Notes under the pieces: model-generated
The model's input: the letters and a program-made list of their open reading frames with translations, nothing else
Told to the model about the DNA's origin: nothing
Database searches by the model: none
NCBI GenBank assembly: GCA_000092065.1
Contig: CP000590.1
DNA: 64,000 nt
Source of the DNA: Ostreococcus lucimarinus
Taxonomy: Eukaryota
Reading direction: 5' to 3' (one strand)
Shown: positions 19,223 through 30,700 of the stretch, in pieces
Position numbering within the stretch: position 1 is the first letter of the stretch
Layout of the letters: each line of letters opens with the position of its first letter
Translations under genes and position numbers: made by a program

Positions 19223-20440
19223 ATGACGGTGAAACAGCGACCTCGGACGGGAGGGCGCGCGACGGCGCGCGAGGACGGCGCGCGCGAGGCGAACGAGGAA
19301 GCGCGAGCGCGCGCGAGCGGACGCGCGGCGCGAAGCGCGACGATCGGGAGTGGGTTGGCGTTGGCGTTGTGGTGGGCGTCGTCGCCTCGGTGGTGGACGG
19401 CGACGCGGGACGAAGGGAAACCGGCGGTGGACGCGCGCGCGGCGGCGTACGCGTTCGGGACGTCGACGGAGGCGATTTCGGGGTGGTCGCTGCGTGATGT
19501 CGCAGAATTTCTGGCGATGAGCGATGCGCGATGGTTGGGGTCGACGGTGGAGGCGACGGAGGCGGTTTCGCGAGACGACGGGCGAAAGCGCGTCGCGCGT
19601 CGCGCCGACGGGTTCGCGCGATTCGTCGCGACGCATCATAAAACTGGTACGGCGCTGATGCACGACGTGTTTTCGACGATCGCAAATAGATCGTCTCCGC
19701 CGTACACGTTCTTTGACGTGCGAGCGTTCGAAGACGCGGAGCTTGTGGTCAACGAGGTCACGGGGAAGGGACTCGAGCGCGCGGCGCGACGGCGATTCAG
19801 GGAAGCGGATATCGTGTTGGATTACCATTTCGGCAAGTCTTTGCCGGCTTTCATCGAGCAGAACGAAACCACGCGACTGCTACAATCCATGATTTCGGTG
19901 TCGAACGCCCGCGAATACAGAATTGTGCACGTCGTACGCGATCCGCTCGACGTCCTCGTGAGCGGTTTGGCGTATCACGCGCGATCGCCAAACGACGAAC
20001 GGTGGCTCTCTCGCGCGCGAGTCGCCGAGCTTTCGTACGCGGAATTCCTCAAAACTGCGAGCCCAAAAGATGCAATTGCGGCGGAGATGTCGTTTTCGGA
20101 CGACGAAATACGTATGCTCGCGCTGACTTACGTACAGTGCGAGCGAAATCGCGACACGTGCTTGAACTTGAGATTGGAGGCGTTCGAACGTAATTTCGAT
20201 CGCACGCTCGAGCGTGCGCTTCGGTTTCTTCGATTTCCCTCGCAGAACATCACGTCGATGATTCAAATTGCCAGCGTGCACGACGTCAGCAAGTGGTCGG
20301 AGGATGAGTTACGGAAAAACGAACATTACACGAAGCGCATCGATAGGCGGCCGTATTACGAAGCCGCGCGCGAAGACGATGACATATGGCGAACGATCAC
20401 CGCGCTTCGACGCGCGATGGGGTACGACGCGACCTCGTAG
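19223..20440 (+). CDS. Sulfotransferase-family protein, probably a type II membrane protein. The listed ORF starts at 18767 through R-rich junk.
   Basis: 5'-PAPS-binding loop HHKTGTAL and 3'-PB motif VVRDPLDVLVSGLAYH. N-terminal hydrophobic segment GSGLALALWWASS. The start at 19223 is the first ATG before the hydrophobic segment. Confidence 0.55.
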   Translation: MTVKQRPRTGGRATAREDGAREANEEARARASGRAARSATIGSGLALALWWASSPRWWTATRDEGKPAVDARAAAYAFGTSTEAISGWSLRDVAEFLAMSDARWLGSTVEATEAVSRDDGRKRVARRADGFARFVATHHKTGTALMHDVFSTIANRSSPPYTFFDVRAFEDAELVVNEVTGKGLERAARRRFREADIVLDYHFGKSLPAFIEQNETTRLLQSMISVSNAREYRIVHVVRDPLDVLVSGLAYHARSPNDERWLSRARVAELSYAEFLKTASPKDAIAAEMSFSDDEIRMLALTYVQCERNRDTCLNLRLEAFERNFDRTLERALRFLRFPSQNITSMIQIASVHDVSKWSEDELRKNEHYTKRIDRRPYYEAAREDDDIWRTITALRRAMGYDATS

Positions 20441-20557
20441 ATTTCGTCGTCGCAAGTGGTAAACAAACAAGCGCTGTGTAATAATTACGAAACGGTCCTT
20501 CTTCTATTGACGATCGAATGCGTCGAGGCGACCTCGTAGATTTTGTCGTCGCCGCGC

Positions 20558-21574
20558 TCAGGGGAGCCCTGCTTCGGGGATAGGAATGCCGTTTGGAGAC
20601 GCGTTCTCCTTGATCCATGGGTGATCTAGCAATCGGCTGAGCGGTATGCGCGACGCTGGCTCCTTGACGAGCAAGCTTCGAATGAGGTCCTTGGCGTTTT
20701 CGCTAATATACGACGGAAATTGTAAGTCCACTCGCAAGATGCGCTTGTACGTCTCGCTGTGCCCTTCGGCTTCAAACGGCGGCGTTCCGACCAAGAACTC
20801 GTACGCCAATACGCCCAGCGACCACACATCGACGGCGTAATCGTGGTCGCGACCTTCCACCATTTCTGGTGGCAAGTAATCCAGCGTACCGCAGAGCGTC
20901 TGTCTTCGACTGTTCGGCGCGTGCACCGACCAACCGAAATCCGCGATTTTCAATTCGCCCTTGATGCCGACGAGCAAGTTTTCCGGCTTGATGTCTCGAT
21001 GGATGACGTGCTTCTTGTGACAATAGATCAGCGCCCGAGCCAAAGAGGCGATATAAGTCGCACTTCGCCGCTCGCTAAACCGTTTTTGACGCTGCAACTC
21101 CTTGTACAACTCTCCCATCGCCGCGTACTCCAAAATCAAAAACACGCGCGTGTTGTCGTAAAAGTATCCGTACAGACGCAAAATATTCGGGTGTCTCAGG
21201 TGCGACTGAATCTCAATCTCCCGTCGCAACTGGTGTTCGACGTGCGACGCGCACAGCTGCGTCTTGTGCAACACCTTCAGCGCGACGATGTACTTACTCT
21301 TCTTCTCCCGCGCCAAGTACACCGAACCAAACTTGCCCTTCCCGAGCGGTTTACCGATGTCAAAATCTTCCAACTTCCACTCCTTCCCCGCCTGCGCCGC
21401 GCCATCCCGCCCGTCCCCTCCGACGTTCCCGATCCGTTCGTTCCCGAGCCCGAGCCCGAGCCCCTCTCCCGGCGTCCCTCTCGCGCCTCTCGGCGTCTTC
21501 CCGCTCGCCGTCGCGTCCCCCCGCGCGCCTCTCCCGCCCGTCCCGACGCCTTCGTTCTCCTTCTCCATCCTCAT
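20558..21574 (-). CDS. Aurora-type Ser/Thr kinase (339 aa). The listed ORF extends to 22072 through R-rich sequence.
   Basis: Aurora-like catalytic domain [32 protein letters not shown]...[10 protein letters not shown]...[31 protein letters not shown] at 21574 or 21568. Confidence 0.8.
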   Translation of the reverse strand: MRMEKENEGVGTGGRGARGDATASGKTPRGARGTPGEGLGLGLGNERIGNVGGDGRDGAAQAGKEWKLEDFDIGKPLGKGKFGSVYLAREKKSKYIVALKVLHKTQLCASHVEHQLRREIEIQSHLRHPNILRLYGYFYDNTRVFLILEYAAMGELYKELQRQKRFSERRSATYIASLARALIYCHKKHVIHRDIKPENLLVGIKGELKIADFGWSVHAPNSRRQTLCGTLDYLPPEMVEGRDHDYAVDVWSLGVLAYEFLVGTPPFEAEGHSETYKRILRVDLQFPSYISENAKDLIRSLLVKEPASRIPLSRLLDHPWIKENASPNGIPIPEAGLP

Positions 21575-21908
21575 CGACGCGTCCGATCGCGCGCGCGCGC
21601 GTCCTCGTCCTCGCTCTTCGCGTCCTCGTCCTCGCGCGTCGCTCTTCGCGCTTCGCCTCGCGCCTCCGCGTCGCGTCGGGGGGACGAACGCGTCGAGCCG
21701 TTGGACTTTAAACGACACTCGCGTCGCCCGTTCGGCGCCGCGCGTCGCCGTCCCGCGTCTCCGGTCCGCCGCGCGCTCGTGCCGACGACGCGCGTCTCTT
21801 CCGCGCCGTTCGCCGCGATCCGGCGCGTCGGCGCGTCGCGTCGCGTCGTCGTGTGCCGCGTCGGCGCGTCGGCGCGGACGCCCGCGATGCGATGAAAACA
21901 CGCGCCGG

Positions 21909-21968
21909 ACTGTTTGCGCATACGTATATACGGAAACACACGTCGTACTGTTTGCGCATACGAATACG
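21909..21968. promoter_or_regulatory. Tandemly duplicated 22-nt element (actgtttgcgcatacgWata) with 38-bp period in the divergent Aurora kinase / PH-RCC1-BRX promoter
   Basis: Copies at 21909..21930 and 21947..21968, read directly, inside the 510-bp head-to-head spacer. Confidence 0.4.
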
Positions 21969-22083
21969 ACGCGAGGCGCGAAAGCCATCCACCGCGCGCG
22001 CGCGCGCGTCGTCACTCGCCGCCGCGCGCTCGGACCGCGCGCGACGCGCGACGCGCGCGCGCGCATGTCCACCGCGTAGCGCC

Positions 22084-24954
22084 ATGCGCGAGATCACCGC
22101 GGACGAGGCCGCGACGGCGACGAAGCGCGGCGCGCCGTTGGTCAAGCTGTGCCGACGCGGGGCGCCGCACGTCGTCTTCGCGCAGGCGCGCGCGGACGCG
22201 CTCACGTGGGTCGGCAGGCGCGAGCGCGAGAAACGGATCGCGTTCGCGCGCGTCGAGCGCGTGCTGCGAGGGAAACACACGGAGAATTTTCGACGGAAGG
22301 GTGGGCGGGCGCGGGACGACGCGCGATGCTTTTCGATCGTGTACGACGAGGGACGAGGAAGCGAGAGAAAGCGGACGTGGGACGCGGAGTGCGAGAGCGA
22401 AAGTCAGAGAGATGCGTGGGCGCTCGCGGTGGAGCTCGCGGCGCGCGCGGCGAGGGAGGAGGAGGATGAGGGAACGCGACGAGGGAACGCGAGCTCGAGC
22501 GGCGGCGGCGCGAGCGCGGAGGGGGAAGAGAGCGCGAGCGGGGGTGGGATCGGGACGGCGGTGACGGTGGCGCGCGCGGTTGGAAAGTTTAAGCAGCGAG
22601 GAATGCGTTCGCCGTCGTTGAGGGAGCGGGAGGAGAGGTTGGTGGACGGCGCGACGGACGCGTTCGGCGAGGCGATTCCGAGCGAGGTGTACGCGTGGGG
22701 ATGGGAAGCGGACGTCACGCGCGAGAGCGCGGCGGCGAGCGCGGCCGGTGGTGGATTCGCGACGAAAACGGCGCGTTGGCGGCGCGTGGACACGCCGCGC
22801 GTGCTCGAGGGAACGGATACTTTGGACGTCGTGGAAATAGCCATCGGCGCGCGGCACGGTTTGGCGCGCACGCGCGCCGGCGCCGTGTATTCCTGGGGTG
22901 AGGGCGCGGGCGGTAAGCTCGGACTTCCGTCCGCTCAAGACGCAGAGATGCCCACGCGCGTTGAGCTCGACGGTCGCGCCGTGACGCTGGCGTGTGGAGT
23001 CGCGCACTCGCTCGCCGTGGTGCGAGACGCGGACGCGTCTTCAGACGGAGACGGCGGCGACGCGTGCGTTTGGGGCGATCCGAACGCGGCACCGGGGCTG
23101 CTCGGGCGCCCGGAAGCGCGCGCCGTGACGTTTTTCCCGGGTAAAATATCTTTCGCGATGGATTCAATTTCCGCGGGGGGTGGCGTGAAGGTGGTACAAG
23201 TGTCTTGCGGACCGTGTCACACGGCGTGCGTGACGGAGACGGGTGCGTGTTTCACGTGGGGAGAGGGTTCGTTCTACGCCCTCGGCCACGGTGATCGAGA
23301 GTGCCAGCGCGCTCCCCGGGAATTAGAGACATTTCGCCGCGATAACCGCGTCGTGCTTCGCGTAGCGTGCGGCGTCTGGCATACGGCTGCAATCGTCGCC
23401 GCCGTGGGAAACACGATTCGCAAAGTGCCCGTCGTCGCGGACGACGACGAATTCGACACCGTGGATGGAGAGTTGTTCACCTGGGGCGACGGAGAAAGCG
23501 GTCAACTCGGTATACGTGGCGTCGAAGAAGCATCCGTGCCCACGGCGACTTCAGACCAGTTAGGAAAGCCAGGTAGCGAAGTCTGCAACGTGAGCTGCGG
23601 ACAGCATCACACCGTCGCGTTGACTTCAAAGGGTGACGTGTGGCTCGCCGGGTGCGTGGGCAAAGTAGATAATTCCCTCCGCGTCAAAGTGTTTACGCGA
23701 TTACCGAATTTCGAAACAGGATCTGTGAGTGCGGTAGAGAGCGGCGATAATCACGTCGTCGCCGCGACACGAGATGGACGAGTCTTCTCGTGGGGCGTCG
23801 GTAAAAACGGAAGGCTCGGTCACGGCAAAAACGACCGTGACAAAGCCGCTCCAGAAGAGATTGAGTCTTTGCGCGGGCGCACCGTTCTGAGAATAGCGTG
23901 CGGCCCGACGTCGAGCGCTTGTGTACTCAAACCAGCTCGCATGACGACCAAGCAAAAAGCGAGCATGGTGCGTTTGTCCACGTTTTCCCTGAAGCAAGCG
24001 ATTTCGTCGTTCAGAGCAGACGACACTTCAACGCGAGCTCTCGAACGAAGAGATGGCGACGGTAGCAACGTAGATACCGGCTCAACGTCCTCGTATAGCA
24101 CGAAACGAGATCAACGAAGTAGTGGTACCAGATCGCGCAACGGTGGCCGCGGTAGTCAAGGCTTGCGAAACGAAAAGCAAGCGCATCGAATCATGAGCGT
24201 GCTGAGCCCGACGTTTGAGAACATAGCGAAAACGTCGAATCGAATCGCCGGCGGCGAAACCACGAAAGCCACACCTCAGTCATCGCATCGTATGACACCC
24301 GCGTCGCCGAACGCAGTCTTGGCGCAAGCAGTGCAACCGATGAAGTTGGAGTTCCGTAACTCGATCCGAGTCGAGGAAGTTGTCCTTCCTGAGACGCCCG
24401 CGTCGCCTGCGATTGAACCGGCGCCGTCCCCGCCGCAGATCGAGAGGGAGCCGCCGCCGACTGAACCGCCGCCAGCACCATCACCAGTAACGTCTAGCGA
24501 CCATATGCGCGACGTTGACGTCGATAAATACTTCATGGACCGCGCGCGCCGCACCGCAAATGAGGCAGAAGCGCAGCTCATACGCCTCGCGGAAGAAGAG
24601 GCCGTGTTGGAGCGCGCGATGCAAGCTGCCATCGCCACCAAGTCAAAGGTGGTCAGAAACGCTCCTCCGCAGTCGCCTTCGAAGGCGACGCGAACGGTGA
24701 TCGCTAATGTTGGTCGGAGTGCCATGCGACGTGCGGATTGCGCGAGCATTCCAATCGGTGAAGCGCGCGAATGGATCGACGAGGTTGAAAACGGCGTATT
24801 CATGACGCTGCGAACGCACGGCGATCGCACGATTCTCAAACGTGTGCGCTTCAGCAAGCGCATATTTAGCAACGAATTAGCCAAACAGTGGTGGGAGGAA
24901 AACAAAGAGCGCGTTATACGCGAAAACGATCTCACCATTCTCGCGCCTGCTTAA
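22084..24954 (+). CDS. PH-RCC1-BRX protein (PRAF-like): N-terminal PH-like domain, RCC1 beta-propeller repeats, C-terminal BRX domain
   Basis: Seven RCC1 blades ([56 protein letters not shown]...). The C-terminal BRX motif [49 protein letters not shown] aligns with plant BREVIS RADIX/PRAF. Confidence 0.8.
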   Translation: MREITADEAATATKRGAPLVKLCRRGAPHVVFAQARADALTWVGRREREKRIAFARVERVLRGKHTENFRRKGGRARDDARCFSIVYDEGRGSERKRTWDAECESESQRDAWALAVELAARAAREEEDEGTRRGNASSSGGGASAEGEESASGGGIGTAVTVARAVGKFKQRGMRSPSLREREERLVDGATDAFGEAIPSEVYAWGWEADVTRESAAASAAGGGFATKTARWRRVDTPRVLEGTDTLDVVEIAIGARHGLARTRAGAVYSWGEGAGGKLGLPSAQDAEMPTRVELDGRAVTLACGVAHSLAVVRDADASSDGDGGDACVWGDPNAAPGLLGRPEARAVTFFPGKISFAMDSISAGGGVKVVQVSCGPCHTACVTETGACFTWGEGSFYALGHGDRECQRAPRELETFRRDNRVVLRVACGVWHTAAIVAAVGNTIRKVPVVADDDEFDTVDGELFTWGDGESGQLGIRGVEEASVPTATSDQLGKPGSEVCNVSCGQHHTVALTSKGDVWLAGCVGKVDNSLRVKVFTRLPNFETGSVSAVESGDNHVVAATRDGRVFSWGVGKNGRLGHGKNDRDKAAPEEIESLRGRTVLRIACGPTSSACVLKPARMTTKQKASMVRLSTFSLKQAISSFRADDTSTRALERRDGDGSNVDTGSTSSYSTKRDQRSSGTRSRNGGRGSQGLRNEKQAHRIMSVLSPTFENIAKTSNRIAGGETTKATPQSSHRMTPASPNAVLAQAVQPMKLEFRNSIRVEEVVLPETPASPAIEPAPSPPQIEREPPPTEPPPAPSPVTSSDHMRDVDVDKYFMDRARRTANEAEAQLIRLAEEEAVLERAMQAAIATKSKVVRNAPPQSPSKATRTVIANVGRSAMRRADCASIPIGEAREWIDEVENGVFMTLRTHGDRTILKRVRFSKRIFSNELAKQWWEENKERVIRENDLTILAPA

Positions 24955-25008
24955 AACATTGGAAATGAAATTCGTCTGTATTCTACGATCAACTGCTGTG
25001 CTATTCTC

Positions 25009-25851
25009 CTAGTCGTCCGATTCTCGATCGGGCATCCACGACACTATGACGTACAAAAACGCCAAAAAGTCGTACAACGTGTGCGTAAACATCGCACTCC
25101 CTAACCCGTCGCGCACACTCTCGATCGAAAACAAAACGCTCGCCCACGTGGCCCACACCGCGTACTGCGGCGTGATGGCGTGCAGCGCGCCGAAAACCAG
25201 CGAAGTGCTCGCCAACGACCCCATCGCCGCGACGTCTGCGCCCGCCCCGAGCCCTTCCAACCGCGCGTCAACCCATGGCATGAGAAAGCCACGGAACAGC
25301 GCTTCCTCACCCACACCCGCGCCGCAACTCAGCGCCAAAATCCCGAGCACGCCGAGCGGCGCCACCGCCGGGAGCACGCTCTCCTCAAACATTTTCCTCA
25401 CCTCTCGTAAATACTCGTACTTGTCGCTCTGCGTCACCGCGAACGACAGCGATGCTAACAGAGGTATCATGTACAGCGCCGCCGCGTCGACGTTGAACGC
25501 GGCGACGCCGTCGATGACGTCCGGGTGCACGTCCGCGAACTGCGTCAATACTTGTGAGCCCACCGCCATGCCGGCGTAAAACGCCACCGACGCGCGAAGA
25601 AATCCGCGCGAGTCGATCGCTCCGGTTCGCGCGTTTACCGAACCGTCGCTCAGAGGCCCTTGATCGTCCGTGGACGACCGCGCGGCGACGAAACCATCGC
25701 GCGAGGCGCGAGGGAGGGCGAAACGGATAGACAGGGACGGCGTCGTCGTCGTCGCGCTGCGCGACGCGAGACGCGGCGAGCGGCGCGAACGCGACGTGGA
25801 CGCGCGCTCGACGCCGGCGCGCGCGCGCGCGGGAGCGAGGGCGACGCGCAT
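25009..25851 (-). CDS. CPBP/CAAX-protease family intramembrane metalloprotease (Abi domain) with an organellar-type N-terminal extension
   Basis: EEALFRGFL motif, conserved His in FGALHAIT and multiple TM helices. ATG at 25851. Confidence 0.65.
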   Translation of the reverse strand: MRVALAPARARAGVERASTSRSRRSPRLASRSATTTTPSLSIRFALPRASRDGFVAARSSTDDQGPLSDGSVNARTGAIDSRGFLRASVAFYAGMAVGSQVLTQFADVHPDVIDGVAAFNVDAAALYMIPLLASLSFAVTQSDKYEYLREVRKMFEESVLPAVAPLGVLGILALSCGAGVGEEALFRGFLMPWVDARLEGLGAGADVAAMGSLASTSLVFGALHAITPQYAVWATWASVLFSIESVRDGLGSAMFTHTLYDFLAFLYVIVSWMPDRESDD

Positions 25852-25911
25852 CGCGCGCTGAAAAGTGTGGTGGCGTCGCGCTCCGTACTACATGGTGCTT
25901 TCGCGCGCGCG

Positions 25912-26973
25912 TCACGTCTTCTTGGGCTTGCCCACGGTCAACAGCTCGGCGCCTAAGAATTTCACCGATTCCGCGACGCCGATGGCATCGCCCGAACCAA
26001 CCTTGATCAAACCACCGCGAAAGTGGTCGTAGCCAGCGTCGGCGCCTAAATCGCGCTCCGCCGCCGCGCGCGTCACGTGACTGTCCACCACCGCGAGCGT
26101 GCACTTTTCGCTTCGAATCGCGTCGAGCGTCGCGGCACACATCGCCTCGCGCGCCGCCGCACCGTCGGCGGCGCTTCCGATCGTCGGCGGAAGCACTAAA
26201 CGCGCGCCCGCCGCGAAGGCGGCCAACGCGCCGAATCCAAAGCCCATCGCGTGCCCGAGCGGCACCGGCACGCACACCGAATCCGTCTCCCTAATCTCCA
26301 ACGCCCGCACCGCGCGCGTCGCCGCGTCCGCGAACGTCATCCCTCCCACCGGCGCGTCCGCGCCACCGAAATAATACATCGCATCGTTCGCCGTCTCCAT
26401 CGCGTCGCTCGCCGTCTCGCCGTTCGCGTACGCCGCGCGCAGCACCTCCCACAAGATTACTTTATCCCGCACCGTCCCACCGCCCACCGCGATCGGTTCG
26501 TGCGCCCCGATCAGCCCTCCCGCCGTCTCCGCGTCTTCGCGTCTCACCATCGTCCCGCGCGTGCGTCCATCGCCGAACGTCTCCCGCAAATCATCCGTCG
26601 CCCTCGCGCCTCGCGCGCTCGTCCCCGCGAGCGCCGTCCCCAGGTACGCCACCACGCTCTCTCGCGCGTTCCCCGTCCCGACGCCCAGCGGTCTCGACGA
26701 CGCGTCGTATCCGAGGTCTTCCAGCGCGCGCGCGAACGTCAGCGCGCGATCGAGCAGTTCGCCGTACGTCCACTCGTCGCGCGCGCGCGTCCCGCTCGCG
26801 CCCGTCGTCGTCACCGCCGCGCGCTCGGCGTCCGCGCGTCGCAGCGCGTCGCGCGCGAAGCGTCCGAGCGTGTCCCGCGTCGCGCCGTTCGCGAGCCGTC
26901 GCGCGCGCATCGTCGACGCGTCGTCGGTCGCGTCTCGAAGTGCGCGCGTCGCCATTCGTCGTCGCGTCGCCAT
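25912..26973 (-). CDS. AMP-binding (adenylate-forming) enzyme-like protein, N-terminal subdomain only, with a degenerate P-loop
   Basis: Family landmarks WTYGELLDRALTFARALEDLGY and LGHAMGFGFGALAAFAAGARLVLP. The Ser/Thr/Gly-rich P-loop is replaced by YFGGADAPVGGMTFADAATRA. The protein ends after about 350 aa with no C-terminal subdomain. It could be a pseudo-enzyme or a decayed gene. Confidence 0.35.
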   Translation of the reverse strand: MATRRRMATRALRDATDDASTMRARRLANGATRDTLGRFARDALRRADAERAAVTTTGASGTRARDEWTYGELLDRALTFARALEDLGYDASSRPLGVGTGNARESVVAYLGTALAGTSARGARATDDLRETFGDGRTRGTMVRREDAETAGGLIGAHEPIAVGGGTVRDKVILWEVLRAAYANGETASDAMETANDAMYYFGGADAPVGGMTFADAATRAVRALEIRETDSVCVPVPLGHAMGFGFGALAAFAAGARLVLPPTIGSAADGAAAREAMCAATLDAIRSEKCTLAVVDSHVTRAAAERDLGADAGYDHFRGGLIKVGSGDAIGVAESVKFLGAELLTVGKPKKT

Positions 26974-26984
26974 TCGTCGACGCG

Positions 26985-27704
26985 ATGGCGCCGTCGCACG
27001 CGTACCTCGACCTCGACGTCGACGGACACCGAGAGAAACACGCGCGCGCGCGCGCCTTCGTCGCGGCGACGAACCTGCGGTACGGGTTCGACGGCGACGA
27101 CCTCGACGGATTGGGCGGCGCGCAGCGGAGTCGAATCGTCGAGCTGTACGAGGCGGATCGCGAGTGGGGCGCGCGCGGGGCGATTCGAATCGACGCGCCG
27201 ACGCGCGAGCGCGTGGTGTTTGAACTGTTCGACGCGAAGAGCGCGCGGGCGTGCGAGAATTTTCGAGCGCTGTGCGAGGGAATGGGGACGTCGAGAGCGA
27301 CGGGGCGGCGGCGGACGTACGAGGGGAGTCGAATGCATCGGTGCGTGAGGAATTTTATGATGCAGGGCGGCGATTACACGCACGGGAACGGGGCGGGGGG
27401 GGAATCGATTTGGGGGAAGAAGTTTAAGGACGACGCGGGAGGGTTGAAGCTGAAGCACGATGCGATGGGCGTGCTTTCGATGAGCAACACGGGGAAGAAT
27501 TCGAATTCGAGCCAATTTTTCGTCACGCTCGGAGCGTGTAAGCATTTGGACGGGAAACACGTGGTGTTCGGGAAATGCGTGCGCGGGATGGACGTACTGG
27601 AGAGAATTAACGATGAGTGCGCGGTAGACGCGGGCGGGACGTCGGAGGAACCGAAGGTGCCCGTCGTCGTCGCGGGGTGCGGCGTTCTCGACGCGCTCGA
27701 TTAG
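26985..27704 (+). CDS. Cyclophilin-type peptidyl-prolyl cis-trans isomerase with an N-terminal extension
   Basis: Canonical CLD core: HRCVRNFMMQGGD, SMSNTGKNSNSSQFFVT, GKHVVFGKCVRGMDVL. ATG at 26985; the listed start at 26940 is a GTG. Confidence 0.85.
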   Translation: MAPSHAYLDLDVDGHREKHARARAFVAATNLRYGFDGDDLDGLGGAQRSRIVELYEADREWGARGAIRIDAPTRERVVFELFDAKSARACENFRALCEGMGTSRATGRRRTYEGSRMHRCVRNFMMQGGDYTHGNGAGGESIWGKKFKDDAGGLKLKHDAMGVLSMSNTGKNSNSSQFFVTLGACKHLDGKHVVFGKCVRGMDVLERINDECAVDAGGTSEEPKVPVVVAGCGVLDALD

Positions 27705-27739
27705 AGAGGAATTCTAGCACATGTACTGTACGTTACAAT

Positions 27740-30700
27740 CTAAGGCGGGGATTCTTCCGTTTCTTTGAGAAGGCCCAGTGCATCGGGCGTTAGCTCCGAG
27801 TCGATCGCGCTCGCTTTACCCCACATCTTGCCCCACAGCGGATCGTCTCTCGGGACGATTTCGCTCGCGCAGAGGACGAGGAGAACATTCTTTATGGCTT
27901 CAGGGATCGCGTCCACGAGTTCCTCCGTCTTGGCGTGCTTGCGCAGTAAAGACGTAGCGTCTAAAATGGCGAGCAGGACGCTCGCAAACGCCGCAGCGTC
28001 TTCGTTTCGCATCTTTGAGCCGTATTGGAGCAACGTCTTTGATACGCAAGAAACCGCGATGCGCGCCGTGTTTTCTGCGGCGCCACCATCTTTGGCGCGC
28101 GTCTTGCGTACGGTTTCCGTCAGCTCCTGGAGCATCGTCAGCAAAACCGCATCAAACGTGGTAAGCCACAAGTCGCCGCCGGCGTCGAGCGATTCAGCGC
28201 CGAGCAACACGCGTTGCAACGTTAAAATCGCGTCATCGCGCACCATGGCGCGCGTATCTTCAAAGCTAATGCGACCGAGTTCGCGGACTAAATCGCCCCA
28301 AGCGCCGGCTATAATTTCAGCTTTTGCCTCATCAGTCACGGATGCGCTCGTTGCCCACGCGCACATCGCCATGTTTGCGTCCGAGAGCAATTGCAACGCG
28401 GCGACGCTTCGTTCGTCACCACCTTGCTCGCTGTCGACAAACGCGCTCGCCGCTTCGAGGCACGATCTCACGTTCGCGGCGTTCACTTTCGCCGCCTCTC
28501 GCATGATTCGCGTGAGTCCTGCAAATCCTGTTTCCGCAGCCTCCGCATGTCTCGCGCTCGCCATGAGAAGCTTGCACACCGTGTCCCAACTCTGTCGCGT
28601 TTTAATCTTGTCCGCGCCGTTGCTGATCAAAGAATCGATTTCGGCAACGATGCGGCCGAAGAACGCGTCTGCGACCGCGGGTTTGAGCGTGAACAAAACG
28701 GGCAGCGCATCTAACAAATCGTCGGCGACGTCCTCGTCGGTAGGAATCAGCTTGGCACACATTCGAATCAAGTCAAAAATGACGATTTCACACGCCGGTG
28801 ACGGGCTCTCTGACGCTTGGAGAACGGCTCTGAGGTAGCTCAATAGTATGGGTAAAACGGCACGAATACGGTCGCAATTGCGCAAAGTCACCATAAACAT
28901 GGCGTCGAGACAAAAGAGCGCGGCGTCTTCGTCATCTGCGGTGGCGGCGACGAGTCCGGGGTCCCCCGCGGCCCAAATTAGTGCTCGCATCAGATGTGTC
29001 AATGACTCGAGCTCCAAGAACTTTGTGTCGGCGAAAAGTTCTTTCACGCGACACGCTGTCGCACACGCCGTGGCAAGTTCCTCTATGCTCTGCTCCGCCT
29101 CGGACGGCGGTGGTAATGGCGAGTCGCGCCCGTCGTCGCCGGAAATCATCGCCGAAAATGACCGCAGCAAAGAAGAACCTTGGTTCCGCTTCGCCGCAGC
29201 GATCTCTCGTACTCGCATCGTCTGCATTTCCGATCGATGCGTGAAGTCGGATCCGCTTACAAATATATCCTCTGGAACCAAACCAACCTTAGTCATGCGC
29301 AGCACTGTGTCCAGAATATTGCACCATCCTTGACGAAGCGTGTCCCCGTACTTGTGTGCGATGCCAAAAATCGTCCGCGTCGCCGCGCAAGCCTTGATAT
29401 CCTCACCGAACACCACGAGCGGTCGCAATCGTTCGCCTGACGGCGACATCGCGTCCTTAGCCAAACTTTCATTGGAAAACTTGCATAGCGTGGCGACGAG
29501 TTGATCGAGAACTTCAGACATGCCGTGCGCAGCCGCAATGTTTGCCACCGACAGGAAACCTCCGAGGCTTGATTGCAACACTTTATCGTCCGCCGTGTGC
29601 TCAAACACGGCCGCAATCGCGGCTGTCGTCGAGCCCCAAACGATGCCGAATAATTCGCCGTCGTACAACGCCGCTTCAGCGAGATTGGGCGTCGGCGGTA
29701 GTTTGCCTTGGCCCGCCCCGACGTCGCGCGACAATTCCGCCCATCGGCTTGGCGTCAAGCTCATCGCCCCACCGTCGTCAAGCTTGATCTCGTCCGTGAC
29801 AATGGAATCGAATATGTTAACCAATACCTCGGCGGGCCAATCATTACCGCCATTTGTTCCGCGATTGTTGCGGATGAACTGTTCGAGCGTCATCTTATTC
29901 TTCACCTGCGCATTGTGTTGATCGGTGTTCAGCATAATTATACTGTACGACAGCACGTACGCCGAGTCCGCATCCGCTACGGAGTCCGGGTTCGCTTCAT
30001 AATAACGCGCAGCAAAACATTCGAGTATGCGAGAAATTTTCTGTGCTTCTCCGGGGAGCTTGAATCCAGACAAAAAGGATCGCAGAGCTCGATCAAGCGT
30101 GACATCTCGAAAGTCAAAGAGCTTGGTGTACTCATCCAAAACCGTGATAATGAACGCCGCGGGCTCGCCGAGGTAGTCGCCGACGACTTCCTTATCTAAA
30201 GCGGGCGCGAATTTCAAGAATCTCGCCACTGCCGCGGGTTCGAGCGGATCTGCCAAAAGTTTAATCTCTTGCATGAACGCCAAACCCTTCTTGTACGAGC
30301 GATTAAAATGTTCCGCCGCGCTCAATAGACGTCGCTTGAAGTATTTAGTCCTTGCACGAGCCTCGAACCGGCTTGGACCAGTGGTATCAGAGCCATCAGA
30401 CAGCGACCATGGGTCCATGACGACGGTGTTCGCGAATTCGAACGTCGGTCGCGTAGTCGCCGCCGGAGAGCGGTTGGACACAGCTTGCACAATGGACAAC
30501 AACCCTTCCAAGCTCAACAAATGCACGGGCGCGAGCGTCGCATCTCCTGGATACGATGCTTGCGCCAAAACACTCGTCACCTCTTCAAACACATTAGGCT
30601 TTGTGAGCTCGCAATCGTAGTACATGTACAAATCCGTCGCGAAATTGTCGTTCTTGCACAAATCCACGAGCGCCTCGAGTGCGACGCGTTGCGTCTCCTC

